Source of the DNA: an uncultured Ruminococcus sp.
Lineage (GTDB): Bacteria > Bacillota > Clostridia > Lachnospirales > Lachnospiraceae
Assembly: GCA_900544395.1 (NCBI GenBank)
Contig: UQVC01000008.1
Location: 423-64,422 of the forward strand
DNA: 64,000 bases
Direction of reading: 5' to 3'
Positions 60,935 to 64,000 of the stretch are shown here, piece after piece. Positions within the stretch are counted from its first letter, which is position 1, and every line of letters begins with the position of its first letter. The translations under genes and the position numbers were made by a program. The notes beneath the pieces were generated by a model, which ran no database searches, was not told where the DNA came from, and saw only the letters and a list, made by a program, of their open reading frames with translations.

Positions 60935-61618
60935 CTACTCTTGTGTTCCGACTGTACCGCATCCGCCACAGGATGCACATCCGCCAGAGCATCCCGTATT
61001 GTCCGCTGCGGGTTTTCCTTGTTTCTTTGCCCGGTTCTTCACTTTATTCTGAAGAGCAGTCAGTCCTGCCAGAACGAAAAAGGCTCCCGGCGCCAGAATA
61101 AAGATCGTGATCGGCTCATATGAATCCGGAAGCACCTGCATGTTGAAGATCTTGCCGGATCCGATCAGCTCTCTTACAATTCCAATCGCTGTCAGACCGA
61201 CCGTAAACCCAAGTCCCATTCCAATCCCGTCAAACACAGACGGCAATACCGGATTTTTGGATGCATAACTTTCCGCTCTTCCGAGAATGATACAGTTTAC
61301 CACGATCAGCGGAATGTAAAGTCCCAGAGAGTCATAAAGACTTGGAACAAATCCTTCCAGCAAAAACTGTACGATTGTGACGAAAGAGGCTACCACTACA
61401 ATAAATGCCGGCATACGCACAGAATCCGGAATGATCTTGCGCAGCATAGAGATTAGCATATTGGACAAAACCAATACTACCGTGGTGGAAAGTCCCATAC
61501 CGATTCCATTGATGGCAGAAGTCGTGACTGCAAGTGTCGGACACATTCCGAGCATCAGAACAAACGTTGGATTTTCTTTGATCAGACCATTGTAAAGTCT
61601 CTCTGTACATTTATTCAT
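60935..61618 (-). CDS. rnfE: Rnf complex subunit E
   Basis: RnfE/NqrD family. Confidence 0.85.
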   Translation of the reverse strand: MNKCTERLYNGLIKENPTFVLMLGMCPTLAVTTSAINGIGMGLSTTVVLVLSNMLISMLRKIIPDSVRMPAFIVVVASFVTIVQFLLEGFVPSLYDSLGLYIPLIVVNCIILGRAESYASKNPVLPSVFDGIGMGLGFTVGLTAIGIVRELIGSGKIFNMQVLPDSYEPITIFILAPGAFFVLAGLTALQNKVKNRAKKQGKPAADNTGCSGGCASCGGCGTVGTQE

Positions 61619-62234
61619 TGATCATGCCTCCTAACTCATTCTGGAAAGTATTCTGAAAATATACCAGTGCAGAATCGACTGCATTGGTCACTGCGTTGGT
61701 CGTAATTGTTGCACCACTGATTGCATCAATCTTATCGTCACCCTTCTCGCCATTTTTCGTATAGCTGAATTTCTCCACGTTCTTATCTTTAAACTGATCC
61801 TTAAACTCGCTCTCGTCGGCTTTCATTCCAAGACCTGCGGTCTCACCGATAGAAAGCATCTCTACTCCTTTTACTGTTCCATCATTTAAAATCCCTACAG
61901 ACAGGCTCAAATCCCCTGCATAGGCCTCATGGGATGTAACAGAGATCACATACCCCATCACGTCTCCATTCGCATCCAAAGCCTGTGCAGCCTCTGTAAT
62001 ATCTGCCGCATATCCGGCATCCTGCACCAGAGAAGTGGCCTGCTGTCCGTCAAAATCTGCATAGTCTTCAAAAGATTCCGCATCCGGAAGTACTTTCTGA
62101 TACGCCGCCTGCTTATCTGCCTCTTTTGCTCTTGCAATGGGCGCTTTTGTCACTTCATAAACCAGACCCAGAAGACATCCTGCGATCAGGGTGATGGCAG
62201 TTAAGATACAGGTATTTTTTATCATCTTATTCAT
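61611..62234 (-). CDS. rnfG: Rnf complex subunit G (FMN-binding)
   Basis: FMN_bind domain (SGATIT). Confidence 0.8.
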   Translation of the reverse strand: MNKMIKNTCILTAITLIAGCLLGLVYEVTKAPIARAKEADKQAAYQKVLPDAESFEDYADFDGQQATSLVQDAGYAADITEAAQALDANGDVMGYVISVTSHEAYAGDLSLSVGILNDGTVKGVEMLSIGETAGLGMKADESEFKDQFKDKNVEKFSYTKNGEKGDDKIDAISGATITTNAVTNAVDSALVYFQNTFQNELGGMINE

Positions 62235-63166
62235 TATCGTTCCCCTCCTTTTCCAAATGGTCTTGGAAGAGTGATCTTTTCAATCAGCGGCACCAGCAGG
62301 TTACTGATAATGATCGCATACGAAACCCCTTCTGCGGAACCGCCAAACACTCGGAAGATTCCCGTCAGAAGTCCCAGACAGATCCCATAGACGATCTGCC
62401 CGGTCTTGGTGATCGGAGACGTCACATAATCGGTCGCCATAAACCATGCTCCCAGCATCAGTCCGCCGCCGCAAAGATGTGCGGTTATGTATTGCGGATC
62501 AAATCCGTGTCCGCCAAATAAAGTAATAAAAATCACAAAGGTTACAATATAAGTTCCCGGAATCCGAAGATCGATCACACCCATTAAGATCAGGAACATG
62601 GCGCCGATCATAATGGCGATCACAGAAGTCTCTCCGATGGTTCCCCGGATATTTCCCATCATCATATCAAATGTATTGACTGCCTCACCTGCTCTTAAAT
62701 TTGCAAGAGGTGTAGGACCTGTCACGCCGTCATATACAAAATAAGTCATTCTCCCGGTAAAAGAAATCAACAGAAAACAGCGAGCTCCCAGTGCCGGGTT
62801 CATAAAGTTCTGTCCCAGACCACCGAATAACTGCTTGACTACAATGATCGCAAACACGGAACCAAGCGCTCCCATCCAGAGGGGAAGGGTCGGCGGCAGG
62901 TTCAATGCCAGTAACAGTCCGGTTACCACTGCACTGAAATCCTGGATCGTCACAGGTTTGTGCATCAGTTTTTCGTATACGTATTCTGCCAGTACTGCAG
63001 AAACTGTGGTTACCAGAACTAACAGCCATGCATTCTCATGCCTGAAATTATAAATGCCAAAAAAAGTCGCAGGAAGCAGCGCGATCACCACAAGAAGCAT
63101 GATATTGCTGCTCTTTTCTCGATCCCGGATATGAGGGGAAGGAGATACATTGAAGTTTGCACTCAC
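62234..63166 (-). CDS. rnfD: Rnf complex subunit D
   Basis: RnfD/NqrB family. Confidence 0.85.
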   Translation of the reverse strand: MSANFNVSPSPHIRDREKSSNIMLLVVIALLPATFFGIYNFRHENAWLLVLVTTVSAVLAEYVYEKLMHKPVTIQDFSAVVTGLLLALNLPPTLPLWMGALGSVFAIIVVKQLFGGLGQNFMNPALGARCFLLISFTGRMTYFVYDGVTGPTPLANLRAGEAVNTFDMMMGNIRGTIGETSVIAIMIGAMFLILMGVIDLRIPGTYIVTFVIFITLFGGHGFDPQYITAHLCGGGLMLGAWFMATDYVTSPITKTGQIVYGICLGLLTGIFRVFGGSAEGVSYAIIISNLLVPLIEKITLPRPFGKGGER

Positions 63167-63184
63167 GATTTTGTCCTCACTTTC

Positions 63185-64000
63185 TTACTTTCTTTTGTTT
63201 GCCAGTGCAATCTTCCGCATGGAACCGATCGCCTGTTTCAGATTTCTTTTTGCCGGACAGATAAAACTGCAGGAACCACATTCCACACATTCCAGTCCGT
63301 TCATTTTCACAAATCCTTCTTCATTGTGGCGTTCTGCCAAATCTGCCAGCCTGGAAGGAATGATCCTGCTCGGACAGACCTCCACACAACGTCCGCAGTT
63401 GATGCAGGCTGTTTCTTTTGCCTCCGCCGCTTCGTCCTTCTGAAATGCCAGAATGGAAGAAGATGTCTTTGTCACAGGGGCATCCAAAGTCACCATGGCA
63501 AATCCCATCATAGGACCTCCTGAGATCAGTTTCTGAGGTTCTGTTATAAATCCTCCGGCAGCATCCACCAGTTCCCTGTGATTCATTCCAATCGGAACTC
63601 TAAAGTTTCCCGGATTCTGAATATCATCCCCACTGACTGTGACTACACGCTCCATCAACGGCTTTCCAAAACGTACCGCCTGATTGATCGCAATTAAAGT
63701 CTCCACATTATCTACAATACATCCTGCATCTGCCGGCAGCATTGCTGCATGAATGGCACGCTTTGTCGTGGCATAAATCAACTGACGTTCTGCACCCTGA
63801 GGATATTTCGTCTCCAGCACTTTAACACTCATACGCGCTTTTCCGGCGATGGCTTCTCTCAGTTTCTGCGCACAGTCCTTTTTATTGTCTTCCACTGCAA
63901 AAATCCCCTCTGCATTCGGAAACAGAGACAGTACGACTTCCATTCCGCCTACAATCTCTTCCGTACATTCCAGCATGCGGCGATAATCCGCTGTAATATA
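63185..64000 (-). CDS. rnfC: Rnf complex subunit C (3' part; N-terminus beyond the window end)
   Basis: Two 4Fe-4S CxxCxxCxxxCP motifs and an NADH-binding region. The ORF runs off the right edge. Confidence 0.85.
   Translation of the reverse strand, partial: YITADYRRMLECTEEIVGGMEVVLSLFPNAEGIFAVEDNKKDCAQKLREAIAGKARMSVKVLETKYPQGAERQLIYATTKRAIHAAMLPADAGCIVDNVETLIAINQAVRFGKPLMERVVTVSGDDIQNPGNFRVPIGMNHRELVDAAGGFITEPQKLISGGPMMGFAMVTLDAPVTKTSSSILAFQKDEAAEAKETACINCGRCVEVCPSRIIPSRLADLAERHNEEGFVKMNGLECVECGSCSFICPAKRNLKQAIGSMRKIALANKRK

Overview
This 64-kb window looks like a low-GC Firmicutes (Clostridia-type) chromosome, judging from sporulation genes (SASP, YlbJ, GerW, RecU) and an rnfCDGEAB operon. 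It carries a mosaic accessory region at its left end.

Positions 3-1220 hold the 3' part of a large serine recombinase gene with host-like GC. From about 1221 to 7250 there is an AT-rich (~33% GC) island that looks like an IME/ICE remnant. It carries a truncated second serine-recombinase N-terminus, a Rep_trans (MOBT-type) relaxase/replication initiator with an XRE HTH, a roughly 750-bp array of about 10 degenerate ~25-30-bp direct repeats at ~65-bp periodicity, a RibD_C-type DHFR-family gene, a DinB-like gene, a trimethoprim-resistant DHFR that I read as dfrF or a close relative, and a truncated XRE regulator.

Chromosomal genes resume to the right:
- a putative preQ1-I riboswitch followed by a queuosine-salvage-like operon (nucleoside hydrolase, ECF S component, radical-SAM-like protein);
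- a his operon (hisZ-G-D-B plus an unusual HisF-like/HisIE fusion);
- a recU / rlu / ygiQ / rsu / rsm block;
- the coaD-rsmD-SASP-recG-yloV-asp23 / rpmB locus;
- the gerW / DUF2953 / pbp-ftsW / U32 / zapA-ruvBA block;
- a cluster of three BceAB/MacB-type ABC modules with an intramembrane-sensing HK, a nonsense-mutated response regulator and a decayed HK/ATPase/permease remnant;
- rnfB-A-E-G-D-C, partial at the right edge.

The items most worth a second look are the repeat array next to the Rep_trans gene, the nested recombinase junction, and the candidate oriT. All calls come from reading the sequence and recognising motifs; I ran no searches.
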